This document shows, in pieces, positions 38,201 to 52,390 of a DNA stretch of 64,000 nucleotides; the stretch's first letter is position 1; every line of letters begins with the position of its first letter. A program made the translations under genes and the position numbers. Below the pieces are notes generated by a model. It saw only the letters and a list, made by a program, of their open reading frames with translations. It was not told where the DNA came from and searched no databases. Source of the DNA: Harriotta raleighana (Eukaryota); contig JBNZDD010013683.1 in the NCBI GenBank assembly GCA_050575255.1, forward strand, positions 2,783,928 to 2,847,927. The letters are read 5' to 3'.

Positions 38201-40257
38201 ACAATTAGCACAGCAGGTTAGCTGGCAAAGCTTTGCTCTTAGTAATCATACAATCTTATCTTTTTATTAACCAGATAAAAAAGATTTTGCTTAAGTTATT
38301 ATGCTCTGGGTTTCCCTATCTTCTCCCCCCAACAGCAGTGGAGCCAAACCTTGGTGATGTGTTTATTGGAGTCTATGATATTGGTTGACCATCTGTAAAA
38401 GCGAATCCCACAATTTCTCTAAGGTACATGTTTAGCCATTCCACCCACCGTTCTGATGCTCACTGCAATAAAGGTCAAACTGGGCTTCGGTATGATTGAT
38501 CTTGCCTCTGTCCCCCAAGTATATTGCGTGTTTGGCTGTGAACTTCCTGGATAAATCATGATGTTTCATCACCGAATAAGCAGTGTGTGAATGCACCTTA
38601 AACAGTCATCTATATTATTTTTAGCTTAATTTAATTTATGTTGAATTGTGCCAAATTCTAACACTGAGGACTGAGGAATGAGGGATCATGTCTGTTCTTT
38701 GTTGTTCACACTAAGTCCAATCAGTTTTTTTGAAACAAAATGTCAATCAACAGGTCTGTTTGTGGTTACTCTATGCATATGGCTCTTTGGGAGTTTTTGT
38801 TTCATTTTCTCATAAATGCCGGGATTCAAGATTACAATATGTTTGAAATGACAGTGAATATGCAGCCATTGCAGTTTACCAACCATAGCGTTGATAGCCC
38901 TGAGCATGTGGCTGTACATGCTAATGTATAAAAATCCTGAGGACCTGACTAGATATAGATATCATATTCCATTTACCTGGCTACTCTGCTTATGTTTTGC
39001 CTTTGCCGATTAGGGCAGAGTTATTGAATAAAGATGCTAAACATAGGTTCACACGCGTGGTTCATTCTGAAATCTCCCTCACGGTGGGCTGTTTGCCAGA
39101 TTTGACACTTGAGTATCAGCATAGGGATAGCCTGAAACATTGACCCAACAAGACAGAGTTGATTCCCTTTCAGAACTGACAAAGCTGTGTTTGAAGCGAT
39201 CGGGCAATTAATGGCTGTGGCAACAGATCCAGAATTCCTTTTTGCTTGTTTTTTTCAGATTGCAAAGTGAAACCATCTGCTTTAATTCAAATGGCCTGAC
39301 ATATGCAACAGATTGCTATATCATTAGATAGAAGCACTTATTCACAAAACTCTTATATATTTTGCAAATTAGGATAAAATTATAAAGGCCAAATATTTCT
39401 TACTCATATTGATGCTATACAAATGCAACTTGTTGATGTTGTAGCTATTTTATTGAATAATACAACCTATTTAAATATTAGAATTATTTCAATCACATAA
39501 CGTTTTGAAAGGCAAACGTTAAATTCTTCAATTGTTTGCAATGATCTTAAAATCCTTTCCTTCTATTACATCTAACTGGCTCTCAATTGATTTTTCCTTT
39601 TTCTGATTACGTTCTTTTATTTCTGCATTTGTCCCTTTTTGCTTATTATATAATCAGTTTAAGATTGAGATAACTGCTAAACCATTGTGATAATTTAAGG
39701 GTCCCTCTGTATTATCAGCCTTTCCACGAGGCCTTAAGCCACTTTTATTAACTTCCTGAAATATTTCTGCTTCAGTTCTGTCCAACAACATGCTGTAATA
39801 GGAGCCAGCAGCTTTCTGTCATGTTTAGCGCTCGTGCTCAACATTACAGTTCCCCAAGAGTACAAATGGAATGCACCACATAGTTGTGAGGGCCCAAATG
39901 AGTTTATTAACACAAACACATGGTTCAGCAGGTGGCTTGCTGTTCTCAAGCAGGACCTCCCTCACACACATTTCATTTACTTGTACACACAGTGCTGAGC
40001 GTGGTTTAATAGAACACCTACCCCCGCCTCCCCCCCATTCTCAGACAAAGTCCAAGGACTGAAGCCGCAGTGAACAGTTCCACGGCGTTCAGTGGATACT
40101 TTTTGAGATGATGCCGGGGATAGTGATATATGATAACAGAGAGATGGGAAGTTCATCTCTCTGCCTCGTTTATAGCTGCCTTTGGTGGCGGTAGACCGAG
40201 TGTGATTTACATTTAAACATCCCGTGGCTTCAAAGTAAACTGGAAACATTTCCGACA

Positions 40258-40333
40258 CAATAACAACAACAAACACAAGAAAATTACTCCTGTATGGTGC
40301 CTTTCACGTCAGGAGGACGTCCCAAGGCGCTGA
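40258..40333 (-). mobile_element. L2 3' terminal fragment
   Basis: tgcctttcacgtcaggaggacgtcccaaggcgctg preceded by (AAC)n. Confidence 0.88.
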
Positions 40334-41631
40334 CACAAGCTGCCACGAGCAACCTTAGCTCTTTTTTAATATAGCAATTACATTTTGTGCCTATAAAATG
40401 GAAATGTCTAAAAGCACCTCATGGTAAATTCCTGCCAAGTTTAGTGACTGTATATCGAAAGGCACATGCCTATTTCTTCAAAATATTGTGCAAACCCACC
40501 TTTATTCCAAGAATGGGATCTTATTTTCAGGAAATCAATGGCATAGCCTCTGCACAAAAACAACAACAACACCTGTGCTGTGCCATACATTACCAGAGCA
40601 ACTCTCAGTTTGTCTCTGAGACTGAGAATAACTCTGGAGATCCTCCACTCTCCTCCCTCGCTCAGTCCTATGAACACAATATTACAGCAACAGTCTTCCT
40701 ATCACCTGCTGTTACAACTCTTGCTTTAACAATGGGTGTGGGGGGTCATTAAAATAGTTGAGAGCTCTCCTGCTTGGGACGATCCATCAGTGAATTAAAA
40801 TATCTCTGGATACATAAAGAAATATTGCAGATTCCTGACTTTATCCTCCCTGAAATATTGAATTGATAGTGAGTTATTTTTAGGCCCACTCAATATGCAT
40901 TTACAGCATTTGCCTCACAGCATTTCTTCCAACTTGAGGTTCAGTTATACCCATCTAGTGAAATCTTCAGAGAGTGATGTGGATTGATCCTTGATTCCAA
41001 GCTAAGTGTTGAAGACTATATTGTTTAAGGAACTTGATGTTTGGTTCGACTGAGTTATACTGTTGTCTATGGCGTTCCGTAGTTCACCATTCATGAACAT
41101 CCATGGGATAGCATTAACAGCCCTTAATATAGCCAACTGATCCCTTACACCAGATTCTTTATTCTATCCGTTTGTTAACTTCTAGCAGGATAGCAGCAGC
41201 TGTTAGGAAGAGCTGGTCTGCATTGTTCATTAGCTATCTGGTTTCATTTCCAAACTGATGGTTACTATGGAGATGTGTGTGTTTTTTTCACTCGTATCAT
41301 GACATTTGTTAAGGGTCCTTTTGTTCGCTGCTTAATCATGGTCAAGTGATCGTGTGGCATAATTGGCTGACATGGTTGTTCAGCTGGTGTGTCAGTAGGT
41401 AAATGTGGCTGCATTAGTCTGGTATATGACAACTTGCTAACAGCAAAGCACACTGCTTGATTCTCAGCCAAGTTAAACAGCACAAGCCCATCAAAGCTGA
41501 ACCAACACACCAACAAAATGACCTTGGCTTCCATGCTAACAGACCTCAATTCGATTGACTTTATATTCGTCCGCATACGCAAGTCTCTTAACTTATATTT
41601 TATACTACATTTGCAGACTCACCTTCAATTA

Positions 41632-41765
41632 ATAACAGCAACAACAACAAAATTACATTTGTATTTTTTCAGATTTCACGTTGGAAGGACATCCACAAGG
41701 AGCTGAACAGTCAGCGTTTTGGACCTGAGCTGGGGTCGGGATCGGGGAGGGTGGAGGGAAGAGAG
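41632..41765 (-). mobile_element. L2 3' end (about 130 bp)
   Basis: acaacaacaaaattacatttgta...cagtcagcgttttggacctgagctggggtcggg. Confidence 0.8.
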
Positions 41766-42632
41766 TGGACAGTCACTTGCCTCTACAAGTCATAAATTGG
41801 CCAGAATACATAATATGACCCACTGCCAAAATTCTCAATCTCAATGTCTGCAAACCTGGCCTTAAGGATATTTTGCTCCCATGTAAAGCAGCAGCAGATA
41901 TGACTTTCACAACATCAACTGGTTACAGGATACACGTTGACAGGTAAATCAGGTCATTTGATGAATCCAGTCATTTGTCTTCTCTCATCCGAAGAAAAGG
42001 GTGACTTTGTTGTTGCATACGTCAAATACTAACTTGTGAACAGATTAAAGTTGTGTGTTACTCAGCAGAAGCAGAGCCTGAAGAGTCTGAAGCACAAATC
42101 TTTGAGTAAGACAACCCGATTCATGCAACTTGTCATCCCATGAGCAAGGTGATCTGCTTCTTTATTTTTAGGATAAGCTTCCAACACTGACATTTTCTAG
42201 TAACAGAATCTACGTAAGAGGGTCTCATACCTAACAAACCAATTTACGTTTCATTTGTCACCGTGTTGGTATTGAGTTCATATATTATGTCTAGAACAAT
42301 GGAGTTAATTTTAACTCTTTAACTGAAGTCTGATGAATCTGAGTCTCAAAACTCTTGTATATAACTTGTTAAGTAGATATGCTTTTTAACGAAACTACAT
42401 GGTTTTATCTAAAATATTTTCTCCATGGAGCTTATTAATATTAATGATCTGATAATGGTAATAAACACCTCTTATCACATCTTCAGCAACTCTGCGGAAG
42501 ATTTTCAGGCTACACTGGAGTCTGCTGGAGAAACATAGCTCCTGTGACGAGAAACACTTAAGAGAAGCCAATTGAGACGCTGAAGGATATTCAAAATATG
42601 GACAGGTAATTTTTTTTATACATCATTAGAAA

Positions 42633-42743
42633 AATAATTATAATCTGCATTTGATATACTGTAGTATCTTATTGTTGAGAACTCTCAAAGAGGTTCACAA
42701 GCTATTCTGTAAAGTGGATTGGCTGTGTATTTTGTGGGTGAAA
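42633..42743 (-). mobile_element. degraded SINE A tail
   Basis: taatctgcatttgatatac...ctgtaaagtggattggctgtgtattttgtgggtgaaa. Confidence 0.7.
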
Positions 42744-43271
42744 TTTATACATTTATTTTCGTACAGCTCTCATATGATATACAGATTACATATTTGTTGT
42801 TATCTGACCTTGCTGGATAGCTCATTGTTTTTTTCAAAATACTTCATGCTGTTGTTATGATTACCAGATTAGCTTTCAGTTTCCAGTTAACTTCACTGAT
42901 TACTCTCGGTTTTGCATGTTATTCTTTCCCCCAAATGTAAGTGGCTTCAAACCTTTTATAACATATCGGGTACCTGTTTAAGTTTTGTATTTGTTTTCCT
43001 TGTTTTAATTCTGTCTCTGAATTCAGAAAAATGGGTTTATTATCCCAATGCGATGTGAAGATCCAGAAAACCGCATAAAGGCTTAGTTTCTAACTTGAAA
43101 GGTAGGACTAACCAATGGGCAGCAACACTGATGCATCTTAAGATGAAAGTGTTCAGCTTCTTCTTGATGGCTGCTAACAAAAAAAAATCAAAAAAAAATT
43201 ACAATACACTGTCATTGAAATAATAATAACAACTTATGTACTATTGTCTTGAAACAATCTGAACAATCGAT

Positions 43272-43294
43272 TATATATATATATATATATATAT
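43272..43294. repeat. (TA)n microsatellite
   Basis: direct reading. Confidence 0.95.
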
Positions 43295-44053
43295 TTAAAA
43301 TTATACCATCAACATTTATTTTAAAAGTAATTTTAATTTATAATTTTTAATGATCAAGTTAAATCATTATTTATTGCCAAAGTTCCTTTATCTAGCTGAT
43401 TGAAATATTTATGCAAAAAGGCAAAATCTACAAGTTATGGGGTTCCTGTAATTTTCTCCAATGATCGCTAACCGAATTTGATGCTATGTGGATTGTTTCA
43501 AATCACACTCAGGAAAAGACACTGGAATAAGACTATTACATCCTGTAATTATAAAGATTATATAAAGGTTGACAGTCGCTGCCTTTTGCACCTGCAGGAA
43601 ATGAGATTGACAGGTTTCTAGAAACAGAAATAAATAGTGTCACCTGGGAATCAGATGTGGGAATACTAGAAGCCATGGCATCACTTTCTCTCGTTCTAGT
43701 TTCCAATCCGTTCCAATGCCTTCAGAAATGTGCTGCACATCACCTGAACTGACCCACACCTTATTGTGACAGCCTTGCACACTGCCATCTTCTTACTTAA
43801 GCCATTTTCTGTGTTGTTTGGATTATTAATGAACATTTAATTATAGTGAAGCACCGGCCATCGCAAAGTGGTGTGTAAAATTTACTTTGAATTTTTTATT
43901 ATTTTTGAAGGAGTGTTTTCTCTATTACTGGCTTTAGATTATCAGTAGAAGCGATGCATTCGAGTAATGGTTGTACATATGCATGTTCCTCTCCCCTTTC
44001 TCCTCGTTTGCTTCTCTGATTTCCGAGATCTTATCCGACATGAAGGATGCCAT

Positions 44054-44332
44054 ATAATAATAATCTTTCCTTTTGATATTGCGTTTTTCATGTCTTCTAG
44101 ATGTCTCAATGCGCTTCACAGAATATACTGTACAGTGAATTGATTGTATATTGGTGGGTGAAACGCAGCAGTCAATTGCGCACAGCAGTGTCCCACAAAC
44201 AGTCATGGATTGAGTGACCAATTTTTTTTTGAGGCATTATTATTAGGAGTGTGGAGTAAGGAAATGTGCCCAAGATTCCTCCCAAGGTCTCTCTCTTGTG
44301 AGGCGAATGCGCTAACCACTGAGCTACAGGAC
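44054..44332 (-). mobile_element. SINE family A, near full length (B-box region deleted)
   Basis: reverse complement begins gtcctgtagctcagtggttagcgcattcgcctcacaag; full body and tail. Confidence 0.92.
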
Positions 44333-45599
44333 GCTCGATCAATGTAAGTTGTTGTTGCTGCTCTCACTGCACTCCAACACCTATGTGGAGAATTCCTGCG
44401 TGTAAACAGATGTTACTTTGGAAATACGTTCGCTTGAGATGAGAGCCATAAAGGCTTCACCATCTGAAATTGTGTAGTTATAATATCAAAATCAGAGCAA
44501 ATGAGCCCTTTAAGTTGAAAAATGATTGCTGCTTTATAATCTGTATTGTAAATTTCAACCCAATTACTTTGCTACTAATGCCTGGAAAATATCTGCTTTC
44601 AGTTTTGCTTCTAAGGATATCCTCACTTTCCGGGAAATGCTGAAGAACCCTTTCCCTCTCCGTGGCTTTGACGTCTGAGTCCGCGGGGTTTTGGGACGAG
44701 CAGATCAATACCCGGATGCAGCTGGAAAATATGGAAACATGGGTGAATCGTATTTCCCACAACCTGAGATGTTGCTCCTGTCTAGCGGCAGCAGCAAATC
44801 GCATCTCTACCCCTCTGGGAAACAACATTAAAAGATATTTAGCTTTGTGCCTGACTAACAGACGAGCAGATGATGTATTAACAAAATCATACGTGAAATA
44901 AGAAACACATCTCTTTGTGTCTGCACATTTCTGTGTTGACATTGGCATTCATGTCACTACGTTGGCTGAATGATTGTGTTCTCTGTTCTTGGTTACAGCT
45001 CGGTCCCCACATGGTGACACGGCTGGAATGGTGTCTGGATTGCAAGTGGGACAATGAAGAGCAGATGTTGGGTGTATAATTGAATCTGTCATTCTTTATT
45101 ATATCTCTTTCTGTATTGAAAGAATTCTAGCATTGACTCTGTTCTCTAACTGTGGCATGTGCGTTGTTACCATGTGTTCCTGGCTCGTTCCTAACCCATT
45201 TACATGACGGTCATGGTTGGCTGATGCACATATGTACCAACAACACGTGTGAATACCAAAAGGGCACCGTAGGGCACATCAATAATTCATTAACTGGTAA
45301 ATCAATAACACAAGCAGTATCCAAACACACAAAAATATGTTTAGCTAAAGACTAGGAACTTTAGTAAAAAAAGAATTACATAAAGAAGTGACTTTGAAGG
45401 CACTTGACTATATTCCAACGATGTTGCTTCGTGCTCTGAAATTTCTGATATATCTTTTATTTTTAAAATGTAGCTTTGCTTATAAGTTGCTAGAAGAATG
45501 ACCTGGTTAATAGTATAACTTGCTCGGTTCCACTGGCTCCCATTTACTCAGTAGATCAAATTCAAGGTCTTGGTTCTCAAATTCAGATTCCTCCAGTCC

Positions 45600-45822
45600 T
45601 CACCCCACCCTACCCTAACCCCGCAAATCCCTTCCCACAAAGCTGCTCCCCCACTCAGAATGCAATGGCCTACATCATCCCTTCCCCATCAAATTCTCCC
45701 CCTTCTCCTCCTTCATTTCTACTTTTAAAGGCTGCCTTAAGACCGATCACTTCAATATGTATTTGAAACCATCCCCTGATGTGAAAGGCATTGAATAAAT
45801 GTAAATTGTATTCTAGTTGTTA
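45600..45822 (+). mobile_element. degraded L2 3' fragment
   Basis: acttttaaaggctgccttaagacc (FKxxLKT) and ctgatgtgaaaggcattgaataaatgtaa tail. Confidence 0.65.
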
Positions 45823-45869
45823 TGTAATGCTGACGGACATTCAACATCCATAGTGGCAAGAGCTATTGA

Positions 45870-45980
45870 GGCATTTTCGCCCACGAAATATACGCTCAGT
45901 TCACTTTATAGTATATTCTGCGAAGCACTTTAAGACATCTCAAAGGTGCTAAATCACAGGGAAGGATTATTATTATTATT
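45870..45980 (+). mobile_element. SINE A tail
   Basis: tttcgcccacgaaatatac...ggattattattattatt. Confidence 0.8.
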
Positions 45981-47200
45981 AATTTGACTGTAAATCTCTG
46001 GTCCAGTAAAGAGCTCAGAGAGAAAAGGGCAAATGAAACTTTAATCTAAATGGCTGGGCTTTCAACGCATTTATAAATTCTGTTTACTGATGCTAAGAAC
46101 AATATTAGTCATATTTGTCATTGTGTATATATATTACAACGACAGACATTCTGATCCAGAAACAGATGGGATGGTCAACACAGTATCACATCCTGACCAA
46201 TAAAATATGAATCACTGTGAGTAGCGCATGCATTTGAAGTACTGTAATTTGATTTAATAATTTATGGGAAGATGCCACAGAAATGTGGACAGAAATAACA
46301 GTTAGTAAAGCTCCATTGTAGCCAAATGATCATAATATAATATTGCCTGATGTATTACCACAGTTCAATGGCTTTATAACTGATTAACAAAGAGTAGCAC
46401 TTATGATTCAACAATAGAAAGAAAATAACATTTGTCAGTAATGCATTCAGAATATATTTTACTAAACAACCTGAAAGATTATAATGATGACACTGAAATG
46501 GGAACAATTGCTAATCAGGCTTGTGAGTGGATTCACCAGGTAAAAATCTGGCCATGTTTCATTTGTGAACAGCTCACATTCCTCATTAATCTCCAAACCA
46601 CAGGTCACGAGAATTTGACGTAAGTCAACAATATTTGTTTCTTCCTTAGGTTTCCTGTTTATAACTACTTGAAGCAAAGAGCTTTCTGAAAAAAAGGTTG
46701 GACCGCAAAGTGCAGTGACTGTGTATTCTGTTGGTGAAATGCAAGTGTAATTTTGCTGTTGTTGTTGTTTAAGGAAAATCTGGATCAAGGAAAACCTAAC
46801 TCAATATCTAAAATTTACCCATTGATTATGTGAGTATTTACCAAATGCATTCAATCCCATGAGAGAGACGATGATCCTAGTCAAGATAAATGATTCAATG
46901 AAACTCAGCTTGAAAATAATTTGAGTCAAGGTCAAGGACATCATTTTATTAATAATACAATCTACATTATTCTATGCTGATTAGTTGGATTCCACAGAAT
47001 ATTCACAGGGAAAGAAAGCTTTGTATTGAAAGCTCTTTCTAGATGTTAAGCGGATTTACGACTTAGCTCAACGTTTGCATTTCTGTGCAGAGGCAGGATG
47101 AAAAAAATAGATCTCACTGATCTATGATAGGAAAATGATTCAGAAATTTCCTGTAAACCTCTTTTTACTTGTCGTACTTCATTCACTGCCAGAGATAATG

Positions 47201-47496
47201 AGTCCAGTCGCTCAGTGGTTAGAGCACTGGGTTCGATTCCCGTCAGGGCGAAACCATGGGCAAGTATCCTTACTCCACACGCCTGATAATTATCCCTCAA
47301 GAAGAAAAAAATCAATAATAATTTGGTCATTCAATCCATGACTTTTTGTGGGATGCTGCCTTACGCAACTGGCTGCCGTGTTTCACCCACAAAATATAGT
47401 CAATTCATTTTACAGTAGATTCTGTCAAACTCTAGGAGACGTTTAGACTACATGAAAAGCAATATATCAAATGCAAGGATTCTTATTAGTTATTAT
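47201..47496 (+). mobile_element. SINE family A with anticodon arm deleted
   Basis: agtccagtcgctcagtggttagagcactgggttcgattcccg, A and B boxes juxtaposed; full body and tail. Confidence 0.92.
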
Positions 47497-48181
47497 AAAG
47501 ACATTTAGGATTGCAAACACCATTTGGGGAGTTTGTCAATGGTTTTGTAAGCTCAATTGGATATTATTTCTGACATTATTAATTGCCCAATTTCCCCCAA
47601 AAAATGTATATGTCAAATGAAGTGCTTTTCAGGATTTCAAGTCACTAATCAGGAACCAAAAAATATATTTTTCCATCTTTAAGTTCACATTCTTATCTCC
47701 CTTTAACAAATTACTTAGTCACCTAATATTTCAGCATTATATTATGAAAGTCCAGAAAGGACATGGAGAGTAGGAATTATGACTAATGATCATTAATAAT
47801 GACAATCAAATGGTGCATATAAGTGAGTATAATGTTCCAACCTTTTCCACTTTAGGGACTCACAGAGCTTTAATTACTTGTAATTTAAACACTGTCATAA
47901 GAATTCTAACCCAGTTTCCAGATCAGCAGCATCTGTCTCACAACAATCATAAAATGTGGTTAATTGATCTGAAGTCGCCTTATTTTTAAAATGTTGATTT
48001 AGACAGTCTTCAGTCACGATGAAATAATAAATATGACCAAAGATTAACATGTTTGTTGAAATCAAATCAAGGCACCCAGTGCTTGATCAATCATCATCAC
48101 AGATCTACTTCAAGGCCTGAGCTAATAAATATAGTTTACCAGTCATTAATGAAACGATTCGTGTAGCCAATAATTTATCAT

Positions 48182-48360
48182 AAAAATTGGTCATTTCAAT
48201 CCTGTTTGGGGGATACTGTTGTGTGCAATTGGCTAGAACGTTTCGTCCACAAATATACAGTCAATTCACTTTACAGTATATTCTGTGAAGTGCTTTGAGA
48301 CATCAATGAGATGTGAAATGAGATGTGCTATATCAAATGCAAAGATTATTATTATTATTA
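48182..48360 (+). mobile_element. SINE A, 5'-truncated
   Basis: body and tail match. Confidence 0.88.
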
Positions 48361-49619
48361 ATATAAAATGATTTTAAAGCTGCATAAAATGATCGTGCAC
48401 CTTGGTATAAAAACCAGAAAGTTTGCAATACTTGAGAGTCAACTGCCACATACAACATAGGGAAGAAAGAAAGAATGTGAAGCATTATCATGAATATTGA
48501 GCCCTGTTCTTTAACCACGGCATTAACCTATATTTACATCAACGACATTGGAGGAAAGGCAGGACCTGTAGCCGAAGGGGAAAAAAAAAACGTTTTTTAT
48601 ATTGGGGTGAAAAAAATGTTTCATAAATTATATTTGTTCCAGGACTGAGAAATTGCATTTGGTTGCTTTAGGTGGTTCATTAAAATTTGGGAAGGATCAG
48701 CGTGGTAATATTGACACAGCATATATTTCATTGACATTTAGTCACCACAAAAAAGTTTCCTCTGTCACCACTGTTAAGTTTGTATTTTTAGCAGCACAGT
48801 CAGCCCACTGCATTACCAGACTACTTCATTATATTGAGGGAATAGATAGAGATGTGTCTATATTTTAGGACCAGAACTTCTCTTCCTGTGAGACAAGAGT
48901 GCCAGAAGCCACTATACTGTTCTTCAACAACTTCCGCAAAAATAATTCACTAAATATCAGGGGATTAGCTCTTTGGACTCATTGCTGCTCTGGCTAGTAT
49001 TTTCTTCTCATGGTTCAGCAGAAACTGCGAGGTTTAGCAAATCACAATTTTATTGCACATAATAATGCATTTTAATGATTGTGCCAAACAAAATAACAAA
49101 ATAATGGAGAAATCGTTACCAAACCACCATCACTCCACCATAATGAAACATTTGCAGCAACTGTTCCTATAGTCCCATTGAAAATAATTTTTTTTCTTTT
49201 TCTCATGAAATTGAAGCTTAATATTAATCTTCCTAAGTACAAATCAAACTATGACTGGAATAAAGGGAAGATTTCTGAGTAATGTGCAGGATATGTACGC
49301 TTGTTTTATGTTTGTTTTAAAAGTGTATGCTTTTTTGGGGGGGAGGTAATATTTGTATTTATCAAATTGAGGGGATTTTAATGAAGGGAATTGGGCAATC
49401 GTCAGCAGTTTTACCAGCTGCTCAAGCACTTTCATGTTAAAGTATTGCCTCAACAAGAGGGAGAGGAAACCTACATCTTCTGTTCCAACAATGCCTTAAA
49501 TCTAACCTCAAGAGAATCCTGAATTTATATGAGTTTCCGCTGCTATCACTCTGCTGTCTCTCGCGGTGCCAATTCAACGTCAATTAATGCCATTATCATG
49601 GTCAGTTTTTTTTTGCTTT

Positions 49620-49752
49620 GAATTGGCACTCCTGAGGGAATGGATTGACACACTTTCAGTCATTGAGTGCAGCACATTCACTCTCTAATGGACTGAGATC
49701 CCAGCCTCAGAGGTGAAAGATAATACAGTAACTCACTGTACCACCCAATCCC
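49620..49752 (-). mobile_element. old tRNA-derived SINE, LF-SINE-like 5' part
   Basis: reverse complement gggattgggtggtacagtgag...ctttcacctctgagg...tctcagtcca; similarity to the LF-SINE consensus from memory only. Confidence 0.35.
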
Positions 49753-50057
49753 TTGTGTTCCTACAGTTGTAGTCACCAGTAGATAACTGGGCCTTTGACA
49801 CAAAGAATTACTCTAGCTTTTGACTGTGAGACTTTGACGTTGATTGATGTCCTCTCGGTAGGCAATCTGATTGCATTATTTTAATAAGATGCTCATCTAT
49901 AAATCAAAACTACTTCAATTAAAAAGTTGTTCAATTAAACATTTTGAATAATTATGGACTGCCATTGCTCATGTCAAGCTGTTGAGGAATTCTTGAGCAT
50001 TTTATTTCATTAGGGAGTTTCTCTTTTCCCCGGCATTTGAAAAATTTTGGTGTCATA

Positions 50058-50353
50058 GACTCTGGCCTGCTTCACGTCCCTCGATGCATTCTCCCAACCA
50101 TTGGCGGGTGAGCCTTCACTCACTCTGCCCCCAACCTCTGGAAATCCATCTGAAAGTCCCTCTACCTCGTCCCCTCCCTGGCCTCTTTCAAGTATCGCCT
50201 CAAGACTCACCTCTTCAATGGACCCATCGGCAACTCCCCCCCACCCCCCCCGCACCCCCTGTTCTCAGCTCAGGTCTGAAGCAGTAACTGTCCAGCACCT
50301 TGGGACGTCCTCCTGACATGAAAGGCGCTATACAAATGTAATTTTGTTGTTGT
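50058..50353 (+). mobile_element. L2 3' fragment (about 300 bp)
   Basis: homologous to 20090-20406 (ccattggcgggtgagccttc...ctcaagactcacctcttc) with intact tail. Confidence 0.9.
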
Positions 50354-50887
50354 AAAAGACTCTGGTACTCTGTCTTTGATGAGTACTTCTGGTAACACTG
50401 CAGATACTGGCCTTTTTTTCCCCTTTTTTTTTCCCTTGTGAAGTGTTCCTGTGAATGGATCGTAAGCTACTTCAATTTATTTCTTTATCTTTAAATTCAA
50501 TCCTAAAAAAAAACACTCTTTATTTCGCAAGAGCTGCAGCTCACTCGTTCAATGGTGATTTCTGAAAAGGTAGGTGTTTTGGTTAAGAAAATTAGCTTTG
50601 ACCACAGTATAAACACTATAGCTTATAACAGTTCCCAGTCGCTTTTTGCATAACTTTTAAGCAGGGACATTTTCTAATATAGTTTGATGGTTAATGGTTT
50701 CACCCTGGGAGATGCATGTTGCATGCAATAATGAGCTGCAGTATGGAGTGGGAATGATTAGATCCTTACAGCCATGTGCCATTAGTTTGATTATCTTTCG
50801 CTATTATAGTGGAAACCTCGCCAAATAACCTTCTGAAACAAATATCTTCCAAGGTCTATTCCAGTAAGACATAGGGTTCGAAGCCAA

Positions 50888-51000
50888 AAAATTATTGGCA
50901 TTTGACATTGCACCTTATCATGTTGAAACATCTCAAAGTGTTTCACGCAAGTCAAACTAAAACAACATACAGTATTTTGTTGCAAACATGCAGAGGGTAA
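50888..51000 (-). mobile_element. degraded SINE tail
   Basis: gcatttgacattgcaccttatcatgttgaaacatctcaaagtgtttcac. Confidence 0.55.
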
Positions 51001-51859
51001 ATCACCCATTGTATTCCCAGGACAAATTTCTATCAACTACTATAATCTCAGCAGAGATCTGAGTCACTTTGTTTCTAAATCTGACATGATTTGACTTGAT
51101 GGGGACATAGAAAAAAAAATTCATAGCCTATCCCTCTTGAGGATCGTTTTTGATTGCCTTGGTAAATTGATAAGGACTTGACCATGATCTCCTGAGAGTA
51201 TCTTAATTTGCCCTTAATTCCCTGTCTTGTGTCACTGACGTCTTGCTTCCCATTTTACCGTAAATCTATATTGGACTGATTCATGCTACAGTCTTGCACT
51301 TTGTGATCTCTGCAATTTCTCAGTTGTACTGTGACTTCCACACAGCAATTAAATACCTGCAGGTTTCATGAAAGATGCCTGAATATTGACTGTATATCTT
51401 AATCCCCAGAGCATCCTGTTTTTTGGCACACAAATTATTTAAATGAAATATTATGTTAATCATGTACACATAGCAATTATCCCAATGATCATTGATGCAC
51501 CAATCCAAAATCTACAGCAATCTACAAATACGAGAAAGATAGTGAAAGGTTGGAGTACCTTTGCTTTAAAAAAGCAAATGCATAATTATTATTGAAAAAC
51601 AAATGTATTATAGGTGTAGAGGAACCCTTAGGGCAACAACTTGCGTAAGTGGCTAGCTTCTGTGTTGGAGATGAAGCAAATAAATCCATTGAATAACACT
51701 TTTAGCAATAAAGCACGTATTCTTTATGACTCAGTAGATAAATGGAAACAACTGAACACAGTGAGTAAAATCTCAAAGTGATATTAGTATTTTGGTAGTA
51801 AATGTTTAATGGTGAAACTTTCTTTTGGGAATTATGAGTGGAGGCCAACTTACCTCATT

Positions 51860-52390
51860 AGTTCGGAAATGCTTCCTTGTGCCTGTCCAATATTTGCCTT
51901 TCACACCTTAAACCAATATATTAATGTCCTCCTGTTTGGGCAATTTGGAAAGTATTACTGCAGGTTTGCTCTCTCTGTTCTGTTAAATATCTTAAATACA
52001 GAATCTCTATCAGGGCCCTTCTGACTTCCCTCCTTTTTGAGGCTGAGACATCCTAACTTATCTACCTGTTCTCCAAACTCTTCCTGATCATGTTTAGGAT
52101 CTCCTCACTGCTGTCCTATGTATTTCCTGTAGAGCTTGGATGACCCCCCCTCATGTTCCAGCAACCTAGACTGTAAGTATTAATAATGCTGCCTAACAAT
52201 TACCCTGTACAGCTTCTGAGCTCAGCTAACTTAGCTATGTGGCTATGCACTGTGTACACCTTCCTTATTTCTGACTAAATCTGTTTGAACATACAATAGT
52301 TAGCAATGAATCAACAAAACAACTAGGTCTCTTCACTTTAGCCTTCCCCTTGCTAAGTTCTATCCCATCTATGGAGTGTATTTGCGACTA
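51860..52390 (-). mobile_element. degraded CR1 ORF2 C-terminal fragment
   Basis: ctcctttttgaggctgagac...gatctcctcactgctgtcctatgta...tgaatcaacaaaacaactaggtctcttc. Confidence 0.6.

Noticed and set aside
44478-44948. 156-aa minus-strand ORF
   Set aside because: No recognisable motif or supporting exon structure.
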